Shown here: positions 16,671 to 27,543 of the stretch, piece by piece
How the letters are laid out: each line of letters begins with the position of its first letter
Position numbering within the stretch: the stretch's first letter is position 1
Source: an uncultured virus (IMG/VR IMGVR_UViG_3300002138_000037)
Lineage: Duplodnaviria; Heunggongvirae; Uroviricota; Caudoviricetes
Direction: 5' to 3' (one strand)
IMG/VR virus record: IMGVR_UViG_3300002138_000037
Location: 1-64,000 of that record
Length of the DNA stretch: 64,000 nucleotides
Notes under the pieces: model-generated
Told to the model about the DNA's origin: nothing
What the model saw: only the letters and a program-made list of their open reading frames with translations
The model's database searches: none
Made by a program: the position numbers and the translations under genes

Positions 16671-18635
16671 ATGGCAACCGTATTAGATAAAAATTTTAAA
16701 CCTCAATCAAGAGAGGTAAAATATCTTGGACGAGATTTTGGTCAATTGAAACAAGGATTGATTGAGTTCTCTAAACAATACTATCCAAGAAGTTACAAAG
16801 ATTTTAGTGATGCAGCACCGGGCACAATGTTTATCGACATGGCTGCGTATGTTGGTGATGTTTTATCTTTTTACATTGATTATCAATACAAAGAAGGATT
16901 GATTAATTTTGCAGAAGAACGTAAGAATGTTATTCAACTGGCTAAGTATTTAGGATACATCTCCAAACCTACTAAACCCGCGATAACAACTTTAGATGCG
17001 TATATCATAGTTCCATCAAAACGATTATCCGACGGCACATTCGAACCAGATACGAGATATGCTATGCGAGTGAGGGAGGGTATGGAAGTATTATCCTCAA
17101 ATAGAGCTGCGTTTATAACCACAGAAACTCTTGATTTTTCCATTGACAGTGTAACGTCACCCCGAACCGACGAAGTGTTCTCACGAAACGATGTAGGAGA
17201 ACCGGAGTTTTATCTTTTAAGAAAATCCACCAAAGCTTATTCCGGTAAAATTATTACACGGGAATTCAATGTTACCAGTCAAAACCCAAATCTTCGAGTG
17301 GAATTGGCTGAAACGAATGTTATTAAGGTGATTAGCATAATTGACGCGGATAACAACAATTGGTATCAGGTTGATTATCTTGCCCAAGATTTAGTGGAGT
17401 TGCCGGTTGAAAACAACCAATTAAATTTTGAAACATTTTCTCAATATCGTTCATCCGTACCTAACATATTGAAATACTTGCGAACCAATCGACGTTATAC
17501 TATTGATGTAGACGAAAATAACAAAACGTATATACAATTTGGACCATCTACGGATAGTTTGGAAGAGGAAATTTTAATACCTAATTCAGAGTTGTTGGGT
17601 GTAGGATTTGCCAATATCAGTAAATATAATTTGACGTTGGATCCAACCGCATTCGTCAATTCTAATTCTTATGGATTATCACCATTCAATACAACTCTAA
17701 CGGTCAAATATATTATTGGTGGGGGAGTAGAATCAAACGCAAACGTTGGGGATATTACCACTATCAGTAAAGTTGCTTTCGATGAGGTTGAAGAATATTT
17801 ACCATCCGAATTAAATTTGGTAAATACCATCAAAAATAGTTTACGTGTTGAAAACTCCACATCAGCTACCGGTGGTGCGGGTGAAGAAAGTATTTTGGAA
17901 ATCAAACAAAATGCAATTTCAAACTTTGCGACACAAAATAGAATGGTGACTAAAGAAGATTATATTGCGAGAACATTGAGTATGCCAGCGGAATTTGGTA
18001 AGGTATCTAAAGTCCATGTGATAACGGAAAATGATTTATATACCAACAATACGACGTATATTCAAGGATTAATTGATGAAAACAACAACATCGTTGTTGA
18101 TGAAAAAAATAAAGACTATCGTAAAGTAAATTTGGAAGGCGTAAATCCATTGGGTATAAATCTCTATGTTCTTGCATACGACGATAATGGCAATTTAACT
18201 CCGGTTAACGAAGCACTTGCACACAATTTACGGAATTATCTATCGAAATACCGAATGATGTCAGATAGAATAAATATCATTGATGGATTCGTCGTTAACA
18301 TCGGTGTCGATTTTACAATTTTGACGTATTCCACTTACAACAAAAAAGAAGTATTGACGGAGTGTATAGACTCCATTAAAAACTTTTTCAATTCCGAATC
18401 ATGGCAATTTTCACAACCAATTAACATCGGTCAATTGGAATTAGAAATTGCTAAAATTGAAGGAGTTCAATCAGTTGCTCATCTGGAAATCGAGAATTTG
18501 GCTGGGGATAATTATTCAATTTATGAATATGATTTACCATCCGCAACAAAGAATAAAATTATATACCCACCAATCGACCCAACTATTTTTGAAGTAAAAT
18601 ATCCAGACGTCGATATTAGAGGTAAAGTATTGTAA
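16671..18635 (+). CDS. gp6: baseplate wedge subunit, gp6/baseplate-J family
   Basis: RDF..LK..L, DF....PG.MFIDMAAYVGDVLSFY.D, ATGGAGEES, QNRMVTKEDY. Confidence 0.9.
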   Translation: MATVLDKNFKPQSREVKYLGRDFGQLKQGLIEFSKQYYPRSYKDFSDAAPGTMFIDMAAYVGDVLSFYIDYQYKEGLINFAEERKNVIQLAKYLGYISKPTKPAITTLDAYIIVPSKRLSDGTFEPDTRYAMRVREGMEVLSSNRAAFITTETLDFSIDSVTSPRTDEVFSRNDVGEPEFYLLRKSTKAYSGKIITREFNVTSQNPNLRVELAETNVIKVISIIDADNNNWYQVDYLAQDLVELPVENNQLNFETFSQYRSSVPNILKYLRTNRRYTIDVDENNKTYIQFGPSTDSLEEEILIPNSELLGVGFANISKYNLTLDPTAFVNSNSYGLSPFNTTLTVKYIIGGGVESNANVGDITTISKVAFDEVEEYLPSELNLVNTIKNSLRVENSTSATGGAGEESILEIKQNAISNFATQNRMVTKEDYIARTLSMPAEFGKVSKVHVITENDLYTNNTTYIQGLIDENNNIVVDEKNKDYRKVNLEGVNPLGINLYVLAYDDNGNLTPVNEALAHNLRNYLSKYRMMSDRINIIDGFVVNIGVDFTILTYSTYNKKEVLTECIDSIKNFFNSESWQFSQPINIGQLELEIAKIEGVQSVAHLEIENLAGDNYSIYEYDLPSATKNKIIYPPIDPTIFEVKYPDVDIRGKVL

Positions 18636-18636
18636 T

Positions 18637-18930
18637 ATGCATAAATTCATATTTCCATCATCCGACACATTCATTTGTAATGACCCGGATTATTATTTGA
18701 AAAATTTCGGACGAGATGAAATTTTGGAAATAAATGCGTTTACTCGTAATGTTGTTACGTTTGTTGTAACTGGTTCAAGTGAAATTTCGAGAGATAGGTT
18801 GAATTTACAAGTTTTATCTTTCAGTGGGTATTTTTCGGGTTCCCTGACTGGTTCGGGAGATATAACAAGTGGGTCGGCATTTATTTCAGGTAGTGGTATG
18901 TGGATAGAACCAGATACGGGAAGTTGTTAA
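18637..18930 (+). CDS. structural protein N-terminal module A
   Basis: MHKFIFPSSDTFI..KNFGRDEILEI then FSGS-type repeats; paralog of next ORF. Confidence 0.75.
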   Translation: MHKFIFPSSDTFICNDPDYYLKNFGRDEILEINAFTRNVVTFVVTGSSEISRDRLNLQVLSFSGYFSGSLTGSGDITSGSAFISGSGMWIEPDTGSC

Positions 18931-18934
18931 TCAT

Positions 18935-19285
18935 ATGCATCATTTTATATATTGTCAAAAAGATACTTACGTAATGAACTATCCCGATTACGTTGAGAAA
19001 AATTTTGCGTTGGATCCATATATTGAAGTCGGTGCTATAAACAAATTAATTATAGGTTATATTACCGCGTCGGTGGCAAGAACATCGGGTTCAAACCAAT
19101 TGGTATCTTCTCGTATGGATAATTTCACCGGAACCTTCACCGGTAGTATTGATTGTGCAACGGGTAGTGTCAATGGATTTATATTATGTGACCAAATTGT
19201 TGCGGTTGAGTTTGACTTAGTTGACGACTCTGAGAATCAAATGATTGATGATTCTGAAAATACTCTGATAGTTTCGTCTACTTGA
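18935..19285 (+). CDS. structural protein N-terminal module B
   Basis: MHHFIYCQKDTYV..KNFALDPYIEV, FTGS repeats, C-terminal LVDDSENQMIDDSENTLI duplication. Confidence 0.75.
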   Translation: MHHFIYCQKDTYVMNYPDYVEKNFALDPYIEVGAINKLIIGYITASVARTSGSNQLVSSRMDNFTGTFTGSIDCATGSVNGFILCDQIVAVEFDLVDDSENQMIDDSENTLIVSST

Positions 19286-19300
19286 TATTATTTATTACAT

Positions 19301-20545
19301 ATGTCATTATCATTCACAGTTGATTATTTTTCCGGTATTTCGAGTAGCAATTACGTATCCGGTAGTGCATCGGGGTCATTTAGTGGTTCAATATGCGGGT
19401 TCACTGGTAGTTTGGAGAATTTCACGGGTATTTTATCGGGGTATATATCGGGGTCTTATGATTATCTTTTAAACCGTTACGTTACGGAGTATAAAACCTT
19501 CATAAAACGTTCTATATTGAAGTTCGATTTGACCACCATTAGTGAATCTATTGCTAATGGAAGTGTGGTAAATCCAAAATTCATTCTCAATCTCCGAACG
19601 GTGGAGTCGAAGGAAATTGGGGTAGATTATAAAATCTATGCATACCCAATAAGTCAAAGTTGGGATATGGGAACGGGTATTTTTGCTGCGGGTGGTGGCA
19701 ATACAGGAGTAAATTGGTCTTATCGAGAATATCCAGATACTTCAAGTGTTTGGTATCCAAATATTGATTTAGATACAAATTTATCCGGGGCAAATTACTT
19801 GGATACTGCGTCGGTTGCGGTGTTTGCTCGGGGAGGGGGAACTTGGTATTACTCGGCACCAGTCAGCTGTTCCAATGATCCAAGTCAAAGTTTTTGTTCC
19901 GCCGTTTCCGGGGCTAGTTACATATGCAGTCAATCTTTCAGTTACCAATCCTCAGATATAGAACTTGATGTTACTCGTATTTGCCAAGCGTGGATTTGTG
20001 GTTGTATTCCAAACGAAGGAATTATACTACTCACTTCCGATGAATTGAATGAAGATGCGACAAGTAATCTCAAGTTTTTCGGTCGTGAGACGAATACCAT
20101 TTATTCTCCATATTTAGACGTTAAATGGGATGACTCATCCTTTGTAACGGCCAGTTTATCACCAGTAACCGCAAGTCTCGGTGTGAATGTTTCCATAAAA
20201 GGTATAAAAAAGGAATATAAGAGTGGGGCTAAGGTGAAATTTACGGTATCTGCACGTGAACAAAACCCACTAAAACGATTTGTGTCTGCACAGACTGCTT
20301 ATTTAACTCCAAAATACCTACCAACATCAAGTTTCTACGCTATTAAAGACAATGAAAGTTCCGAAACCATTATTGACTTTGATGATTATACTAAATTGAG
20401 TTGTGATGAATATGGAAATTATTTCTATTTAGATACGACGGGATTGGCTCAGGAGAGATATTATCGAATACTCATTAAAACTGAGTTAGACGACGGTTCT
20501 ATTCAATTATTTGATAATGGTAGTGTTTTTAAAATCATAAGATAA
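19301..20545 (+). CDS. baseplate-region structural protein (DNRLRE-like core lacking its usual N-terminus)
   Basis: Begins with FSGS repeats, then RSILKFDL, PISQSWDMGTG, FFGRETNTIYSPYLDVKWDD; own TATTTAT at 19289. Confidence 0.75.
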   Translation: MSLSFTVDYFSGISSSNYVSGSASGSFSGSICGFTGSLENFTGILSGYISGSYDYLLNRYVTEYKTFIKRSILKFDLTTISESIANGSVVNPKFILNLRTVESKEIGVDYKIYAYPISQSWDMGTGIFAAGGGNTGVNWSYREYPDTSSVWYPNIDLDTNLSGANYLDTASVAVFARGGGTWYYSAPVSCSNDPSQSFCSAVSGASYICSQSFSYQSSDIELDVTRICQAWICGCIPNEGIILLTSDELNEDATSNLKFFGRETNTIYSPYLDVKWDDSSFVTASLSPVTASLGVNVSIKGIKKEYKSGAKVKFTVSAREQNPLKRFVSAQTAYLTPKYLPTSSFYAIKDNESSETIIDFDDYTKLSCDEYGNYFYLDTTGLAQERYYRILIKTELDDGSIQLFDNGSVFKIIR

Positions 20546-20546
20546 T

Positions 20547-21017
20547 ATGGCAGATTTGAATAAATTTGGTGACGAAATCAATTCGTTTAGAAACGGAACA
20601 TTATTGTACACATACAGTTACAATTCCGTTGGTAATCTCTTTTTTAAACAAGAATCTGACGTATTTAATCAACAATTTTTAAAGTTGTCGTTGAATAATC
20701 TTGAGTATAAAGATGATAAATTGGCCATTCTATATCCACTTGCATTTGAAGAATTCGTAGATGTGACTCCGACGAACAATACACCCGATACTCAAAATGA
20801 TGATTCTCAACTAACTATACAGATGTTGGAGAACACTATTACAAACCTCCAATATAAGGTAACCGAAACCAATAACGCGGTAGATGAGATAAATCGGTTG
20901 GAATCTCAATTGAACGCTACTAGAGAATTGATTATTCAACTTCGTATTGATAGGGGAGAGGGTCAATCTAAGTCTGATTTTAATGTTGAGTTTCCTTATA
21001 CCCCAAAAACATTCTAA
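20547..21017 (+). CDS. hypothetical coiled-coil structural protein
   Basis: 156-aa ORF in baseplate operon. Confidence 0.7.
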   Translation: MADLNKFGDEINSFRNGTLLYTYSYNSVGNLFFKQESDVFNQQFLKLSLNNLEYKDDKLAILYPLAFEEFVDVTPTNNTPDTQNDDSQLTIQMLENTITNLQYKVTETNNAVDEINRLESQLNATRELIIQLRIDRGEGQSKSDFNVEFPYTPKTF

Positions 21018-21064
21018 CACATTGATTGTAAATTAGTAAGTCGTTTTAATAGTTATAGTAAGGT

Positions 21065-24000
21065 ATGTTCAATATATTAAAAGAATCACCCAATGAGATA
21101 AATGACGTAGGCTATATAAATTCGAGAGAGAATGTATTGTTTACGAGTTCATCTACACAAGAATATTTCTTTGGTAATTCGACAAAAGATGTAATTGAGA
21201 TTGGTGTCTATAATAGTCAAAAACAACCAATCACCTCATCCACTTTGGTTGGCTTTACAACCACTACAAAGTTTTTTTACCGATATGAGGATATTGATAA
21301 CAATGTATTCCGAGATTACTACTTTCCACCAAATTCCAATTTGATTCAAAATGGAAATCGGGATGTCTTAATTTCTGTTAAAGATATTGTTGAACAGAAT
21401 TCTATCACCGATGCCAATTTCTATCTATCGTTGACTCCTATATCGAATTTTTTCTCACAGACGAATCCTTTAATAATCAAAGAGATAAGCAATTCTCGTA
21501 GAGAAATAAAATTAGTAAAATCGTTCAATAGTGAAAATGTAGTCAATAACATTTCCGTTACTTTTGATGGTAATCAAATTTTATTTGATGGAAATAAATC
21601 CTTGAGTTTGAAATCGGGAACAGTCTACAATCTAAACTTTGTCAGTGGGGATATAACACTTGTCAAATTTAGTAAAATAAAGGATGGTTCTTTTAATGGT
21701 GGAGTTGAATATGTCAATAATGTAATTTACAAACCATCCACACGACAAATCATACTGGACACTACGGAAGATTTTCCAGTTACATTATTTGCGTATAATA
21801 AAAATCACCGAAATAGTGGTGTGGAAATTAATTTTCCAAGCCGCGTATCCGATTCTGATTTTAAGTTAAATAGTGAATTTCTATCATTGGGTTATAACAC
21901 ATTTATCAACAATCGAATTTACGATGATTTTGAATATTATGTAAACACATTCAACATCACCGATGTTTATAATCTAACAAAGGATAATTTCAAATCCGAA
22001 ATCAATTCTCTAAAACAATTATTTGGTTTGGCGGAAAATGATTCTGATGGTGTGTTTGAAATTTTACGTAGTGTGTTTTACGGTGAAACTATTTACGACG
22101 GTGAGATTCAAAAAAGCATTTCTTACCTCGGTATAAAAGATTATCTACTAAATTATCTCAAATTCAACTATGAATTTGTAAATACCTTTAACAATTTTAA
22201 TACATCGGTCAACGAAATAAATTTTGCCGCATGTGATAAAAAATTGTTACGTCGGTTGGCATCCTATAAATCCCCATCCAATTTTCCAGCGGATGTTAGA
22301 TTGCAATATGCGGATTCATTAAAGTATCTATATGGTGTATTTAATGTATTTCTAAAAAACACTCTCACAACGATTGAATCGGATTTCAAAAATAAGTTCA
22401 AGAGTCCACTTAAAAATGCGTTGAAAATTAATGGTCAAATTTTTCCAATACTGACTCTTAAAATAAATGGAAATGAACTTTGGTTGAAATTGAAAGATGG
22501 TATTCCATCCGAATATGTCATTGGAGATTTCTCAGATATAGTCAACATTTCCATTGAACCTTTCTTCCAAACTATTAACTTTGAGAGTAGTGTTAAAAAG
22601 AATACAATCAAATTAAATAAACCCAATTTCAGCATTGATATAAACGAACTATCTGCACGAACTTTGGGAACGAAGTATTACACGTCTGATGAATTGGAAG
22701 TGAATCGTAACATCAAAAATAAAATTGATGTCAACAAGAAGATTGCAAATATCAACGTAGATTATACTGATTTTAGCAAATTTGTCATCTTCTCATCGGC
22801 TAACTTACGAGTCAAAATATTTAAAAATAAAATATCAAGAATAACGGTTTTAGAAGAAGAAAATGATGAATTGGAATCCTTTGATCCAACTAATTCAGCA
22901 ACCAATGATAAAATTGGGGTGTATAACAAAATTGAGTTAAACAATAAAGAAATTGATTCGATATTTGCAAGTTTTGATGGTTATGAATCATATCTCTACA
23001 AGACTGGATATTTCATTTACGATACTTCATCTGAGACATTTGTTGAATCGACAACGGATTCTAGTGCGTCTAGTTATGTTGCCACATTGGATACCGATAG
23101 TGCTGAGTATGACATCAACAATCGTGATAGTCTTATAAACAACACCCCGGAGTATGTATATAATGACACTGATAACGATGAGTATCTCAAGTTCTTGAGT
23201 ATGGTTGGTCATCACTTTGATAACATCTATCTTTACATTTCCAATATCGGTATTTACAAAAATATCGGCGATGATACTTCAACGGGATTGACTGGAAAGT
23301 TAATCACGAATATTTTGAATGGATTTGGCTTTAAAGTTCCACCGGGACTAAGTGGAACATTGGAATATTCCGAAGTGGATGAATTATACCTCAATAGTTC
23401 AGAATCCAATAAGTATAACAACTCAATTTCCGTTGATGATAAAACGAAAACTATATGGAAGAGATTATTAACTAATTTACCATCAATATATAAAAGTAAA
23501 GGAACCGAAGAGTGTCTGAGACAGATATTTGCGATATATGGTATCCCAAACAATCTTATTCTGGTGAAAGAATTTGGTGGGGGATATACGCAAAATGAAA
23601 TTAGTTCATCATATACCATTGAAGAAAAGGAATATTTATTGGAATTCATTGGTTCCGAGGAAGAACGGGTGGAGTTTGTAAATTTAGAACCATTTAAATC
23701 GGTTGACTTCAAATTGTATATTGATACCACAAAATATCCAACCTCTCAGGTCATTGTTCCTATCCATAGTTCATTCTCCGGTGGTGACCAAATTTATTCG
23801 TTTGGATTCATAAAAATAAGCGATACGTTGGGTAGTTTATACTTCGTTATAAAAAGTGGTGATGAATCATTTGCGGCGGTGACGGAACCTTTCTACATGT
23901 TCAATGGTGAAGTGATGAGTCTTTTACTTAGAAAGAATCCAATTGATTCAAATTTTGAAACTGCATCTGATGACAATTTGGTTCCAACTCGATACGACAT

Positions 24001-25720
24001 ATGTGTTCATAGAAACGAATATTGTCTGGAACCAATTGATAAAAAGTTTAGTTTCTATCTTAGTGGATCCTTGAATACCGCATTTGACAATGTTGGTGGA
24101 TTAACTTATTTCGGAAATGTAGACACTAATTTAAACTTGATTTCGGAATTGGGTAACATTCCTACGGCAAATCAAAGTGTTTTATTGGAAGATGAAGTTG
24201 ATGACTTGGATTTGATTGCTGAAAATGACCAAGAGAATTTCTTCTTGACTGAAATCGGTGGTTATGAAGTGGTCAAGTTCTACGGATGTTTGGATAAGTT
24301 TGTATTCCAATCAGTTGCGTTATCGGATGAGAATTTCTACATCAAGTGTAAGAATTTTAACTCTTACTACCAAGGACAACCATCATCAAGTTATGAAGAA
24401 ATTTTATTCCGGTTCCACTTTGGAATTCCATTTGATGTAAGTTATAGTTCTTCACAACTTACTGGATTTAGAGTTGATAATGCCAATAGATATTACAGTT
24501 CGGCTTACGCATTGATGTATAATTTTACGGGAAGCAACATCTCCGATTCTTTCGATACATCGAGTTGTGTAAGTCAGTCCTATTCACTATTCCCACACCA
24601 AAGCCGTGAATTTGACATCAGTAATGAATATTTCACAGGAGAGGTTGGACCAAGTCGGTTTGAAAATGATAAAGTAGAATATACATCATTGACCACGTTG
24701 GATAATACATTATCCCCAACAAATACACGGACCTCGAAATCTAAATACAATTACTACAGTGATGCTAATAAATTGGGTATATTCCTATCACCAATACACG
24801 AACGAAATAAAGACATATTGAATTTCTTCGGGGATTATGAAATCGTATCAAGTATTTCCGACCCAAGAGAAAAATTCGGACGTAAATATTTGGGACTAGA
24901 AACCTTACGGAAAAACTATTATGGGGAAAACTACATCAATCGTATTTTATTCAATGAGTTATTTACGATATACAAAATTTTCGTAGATAAAAGCATTTTT
25001 GATACATTGAAAAATGTCTTGCCTGCTAGAAATAGAGTTTATAAAGGAATATTGGTTGAACCAACTATTTTGGAGAGAAGTCGTATTGAAGAAAAAGCAG
25101 TGTTTATAGGTGAAATTCAAACTTTGGATGCAATTATAGACCTGAAAGAAATTATCGCGGATATTGATCAGGGTGAATTAATATCTCTTAACGCATCGGA
25201 AATACCCGTGGCTGCAACTTCCAATGTAAACTCGACGTTTGTGACCAATACATTCTCAGCGTTCGAAAATATCCAAGATACCCCCGATAAGTATATGGTC
25301 AGTATATTTCCAAATACTTTTGGATATGTGGAATTCGACGGACAGACATACAAAGCTTATACTTTGAACGAAAAACGAACATTGAGTTATTCCGATGATG
25401 GGGTTGATTCAAATAACGTGGTAAAAGACTTTAAAAAGGTCACGTTAGTTATCAGTGGTAGTTCGTTTGTAACGTCTTCTGCATATACAACTTTAACAGA
25501 TGTGGAGAATTTCCGTCATATCAGCCGTAAGAATATTCCATTTCGTAAAGAATTGTATTTTGATACCGGTAGTTTGGATACTGGACTGGTTTATACCGGT
25601 AAATCGAGACAAACCAAGTTTACCACGATAAACGAACCAAATGAATCAGATAGAGAACCTATAATAACAATACCAGTCGGTGCATCCATCAAAAACATGG
25701 AAGGTGGTATTACAGTTTAA
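21065..25720 (+). CDS. very large baseplate structural protein (gp7-like core)
   Basis: 1551 aa; FLSMVGHHFDNI, IWKRLLTNLPSIYKSKGT..L..I..YGIP..KEFGG motif. Confidence 0.75.
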   Translation: MFNILKESPNEINDVGYINSRENVLFTSSSTQEYFFGNSTKDVIEIGVYNSQKQPITSSTLVGFTTTTKFFYRYEDIDNNVFRDYYFPPNSNLIQNGNRDVLISVKDIVEQNSITDANFYLSLTPISNFFSQTNPLIIKEISNSRREIKLVKSFNSENVVNNISVTFDGNQILFDGNKSLSLKSGTVYNLNFVSGDITLVKFSKIKDGSFNGGVEYVNNVIYKPSTRQIILDTTEDFPVTLFAYNKNHRNSGVEINFPSRVSDSDFKLNSEFLSLGYNTFINNRIYDDFEYYVNTFNITDVYNLTKDNFKSEINSLKQLFGLAENDSDGVFEILRSVFYGETIYDGEIQKSISYLGIKDYLLNYLKFNYEFVNTFNNFNTSVNEINFAACDKKLLRRLASYKSPSNFPADVRLQYADSLKYLYGVFNVFLKNTLTTIESDFKNKFKSPLKNALKINGQIFPILTLKINGNELWLKLKDGIPSEYVIGDFSDIVNISIEPFFQTINFESSVKKNTIKLNKPNFSIDINELSARTLGTKYYTSDELEVNRNIKNKIDVNKKIANINVDYTDFSKFVIFSSANLRVKIFKNKISRITVLEEENDELESFDPTNSATNDKIGVYNKIELNNKEIDSIFASFDGYESYLYKTGYFIYDTSSETFVESTTDSSASSYVATLDTDSAEYDINNRDSLINNTPEYVYNDTDNDEYLKFLSMVGHHFDNIYLYISNIGIYKNIGDDTSTGLTGKLITNILNGFGFKVPPGLSGTLEYSEVDELYLNSSESNKYNNSISVDDKTKTIWKRLLTNLPSIYKSKGTEECLRQIFAIYGIPNNLILVKEFGGGYTQNEISSSYTIEEKEYLLEFIGSEEERVEFVNLEPFKSVDFKLYIDTTKYPTSQVIVPIHSSFSGGDQIYSFGFIKISDTLGSLYFVIKSGDESFAAVTEPFYMFNGEVMSLLLRKNPIDSNFETASDDNLVPTRYDICVHRNEYCLEPIDKKFSFYLSGSLNTAFDNVGGLTYFGNVDTNLNLISELGNIPTANQSVLLEDEVDDLDLIAENDQENFFLTEIGGYEVVKFYGCLDKFVFQSVALSDENFYIKCKNFNSYYQGQPSSSYEEILFRFHFGIPFDVSYSSSQLTGFRVDNANRYYSSAYALMYNFTGSNISDSFDTSSCVSQSYSLFPHQSREFDISNEYFTGEVGPSRFENDKVEYTSLTTLDNTLSPTNTRTSKSKYNYYSDANKLGIFLSPIHERNKDILNFFGDYEIVSSISDPREKFGRKYLGLETLRKNYYGENYINRILFNELFTIYKIFVDKSIFDTLKNVLPARNRVYKGILVEPTILERSRIEEKAVFIGEIQTLDAIIDLKEIIADIDQGELISLNASEIPVAATSNVNSTFVTNTFSAFENIQDTPDKYMVSIFPNTFGYVEFDGQTYKAYTLNEKRTLSYSDDGVDSNNVVKDFKKVTLVISGSSFVTSSAYTTLTDVENFRHISRKNIPFRKELYFDTGSLDTGLVYTGKSRQTKFTTINEPNESDREPIITIPVGASIKNMEGGITV

Positions 25721-25768
25721 AAATAAAAACAAAAAACCCAAATTTGAAACTATTTATTAATTGATTAT

Positions 25769-26401
25769 ATGGCATACTTAGATAACAAATCCATCGTTGT
25801 TGACGCAGTTTTAACAAAAAAAGGAAGAGAACTTCTTGCGACTAACGGAAGTTTAAAAATTTCATCGTTTGCATTAGCTGACGACGAAATTGATTACAGC
25901 CTCTTCAACGAAAACGCCGATTCAGAAGAGTTGAAGGAAATTGCGTTGATTAATACTCCGGTTTTTGAACCAAATACCGACGAAACGCAAGTAATGAAGT
26001 TCAAATTGGTGACCTTGGAAGAAGGAACGACATTCATTCCTACAGTATCTATCGCACAAAGTTCTATCAGTATCGCATCTACATATACCGCTCAAATTGT
26101 CATTTCTCCATCTACTACACCAAATAATTACAACGTCAATGGTGGATATACCGCAATTTTAGGTAATACAAAAGTTGGTTCGTTGATAGTTAAAGTTCAA
26201 GCACCAACGAGCACGACAGTTGGAACCGTCACATCATTTGCGGGTGATACATCGGCAGAAAGTTCTCAAGCAGTTGTTGGATTGGAATTCGCATTTATCC
26301 CATCCTCGAAACTTACTCGTACAACGACTACCACATTGACCATCGTTGGTAATGAAAGCGGTGGTGGTGTAAGTATTCCAGTGACCGTAACCGTCGAATA
26401 A
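25769..26401 (+). CDS. baseplate/tail structural protein
   Basis: MAYLDN..VDAVLTKKGRELLA..FALADDEIDY motif. Confidence 0.8.
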   Translation: MAYLDNKSIVVDAVLTKKGRELLATNGSLKISSFALADDEIDYSLFNENADSEELKEIALINTPVFEPNTDETQVMKFKLVTLEEGTTFIPTVSIAQSSISIASTYTAQIVISPSTTPNNYNVNGGYTAILGNTKVGSLIVKVQAPTSTTVGTVTSFAGDTSAESSQAVVGLEFAFIPSSKLTRTTTTTLTIVGNESGGGVSIPVTVTVE

Positions 26402-26409
26402 TCTACTTT

Positions 26410-27498
26410 ATGTCAAATTTTAAGATATATCAACCATTTGAAGTCACCGATGTCATTTCGGGTAAAACAACCACAGTTTCCAGTGGTTACTTTCCCGGCG
26501 GCGATGTCAAAATATCTCAATCAGCATTTTATACATCCAGCGCACAAACGCAATTAACCGGTGCCAATGGTATATATGACGTATTGAATGGAATGTACTA
26601 TACCAACGTCTACGATGATAATGTAAGTAACCGACAATTGTTATTTTCAATAAGTTATGGTGATTCAAACAACGGTGGAGCAACTTCCGGTTCATCGGTA
26701 TTTTCCAGTTCCGCAGCTGTTTACACCCAATATAAAAATTTATTGTTGGGTATTGCGGATGTTGATGGGAAGTTTAGTTTCAAAACGGGTAGTTCCGCAG
26801 CCGCAACTTACATAACCAGTTCAGAAATTTTCGTAATTGCTTTCTCATCCGATTTAATGAAAGACCAAGTTGATAGAGGTCAATGGACATTTAAAATTAC
26901 CGGATCAAATACTAGTGCAAGTCTTCAATTGATTGACGAGTTACCAATATTGACAGCGGCGGAACAAAAAGAACAACGACTAGTTTATCAGGTTGTTTCG
27001 GGTAGTTTTGATGAGTCTTTGGGTCGTTCAACGGCTGCCGCATCGGAATATCAAGGATTGGGTCTATTTTATCCTAAGAATGGTATTTTAATCTTAAATG
27101 CGGATAAATTAAGACATTACGCGGGTCACGTATATAACAACTCCGCTACATCGTCTATCGTCAATCACCAGTCTTTATTTGGTAAATTGACCCCAAGTGC
27201 AAATGGTATGATGCGAGTAAGAAAATCGGAAATTGTTCCGTCTGCTCACTATTTCATACGAGTTAAGAATCAAGATTTCAATTTCTCCAACAATCCATCG
27301 TTTGTTTATCAAACCACGGATGAAAATTATACAAAGGGTGAAATTATCACGCAATTACAGGCCGAACCAAAAACCTATATTACCACAGTTGGTCTATATA
27401 ACGAACTAAATGAGTTGGTTGCTATTGCGAAGATGAGTCGTCCAACCAAAAAAGACTTCACAAACGAACTTCTAATTCGTGTCCGACTTGACTTTTAA
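26410..27498 (+). CDS. baseplate/tail-fibre attachment structural protein
   Basis: FNFSNNPSF..YITTVGLYN..LVAIAKMSRP..RVRLDF C-terminal domain. Confidence 0.8.
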   Translation: MSNFKIYQPFEVTDVISGKTTTVSSGYFPGGDVKISQSAFYTSSAQTQLTGANGIYDVLNGMYYTNVYDDNVSNRQLLFSISYGDSNNGGATSGSSVFSSSAAVYTQYKNLLLGIADVDGKFSFKTGSSAAATYITSSEIFVIAFSSDLMKDQVDRGQWTFKITGSNTSASLQLIDELPILTAAEQKEQRLVYQVVSGSFDESLGRSTAAASEYQGLGLFYPKNGILILNADKLRHYAGHVYNNSATSSIVNHQSLFGKLTPSANGMMRVRKSEIVPSAHYFIRVKNQDFNFSNNPSFVYQTTDENYTKGEIITQLQAEPKTYITTVGLYNELNELVAIAKMSRPTKKDFTNELLIRVRLDF

Positions 27499-27543
27499 TT
27501 GATTATTGAATGAAAATCATAATGTGACTCATATTTATGATTA

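Noticed and set aside
18900..19310. Inteins or self-splicing introns joining the split structural ORFs (also at 30243)
   Set aside because: No intein block A or HN-C/S/T motifs, and gaps of 1-15 nt leave no room for an intron
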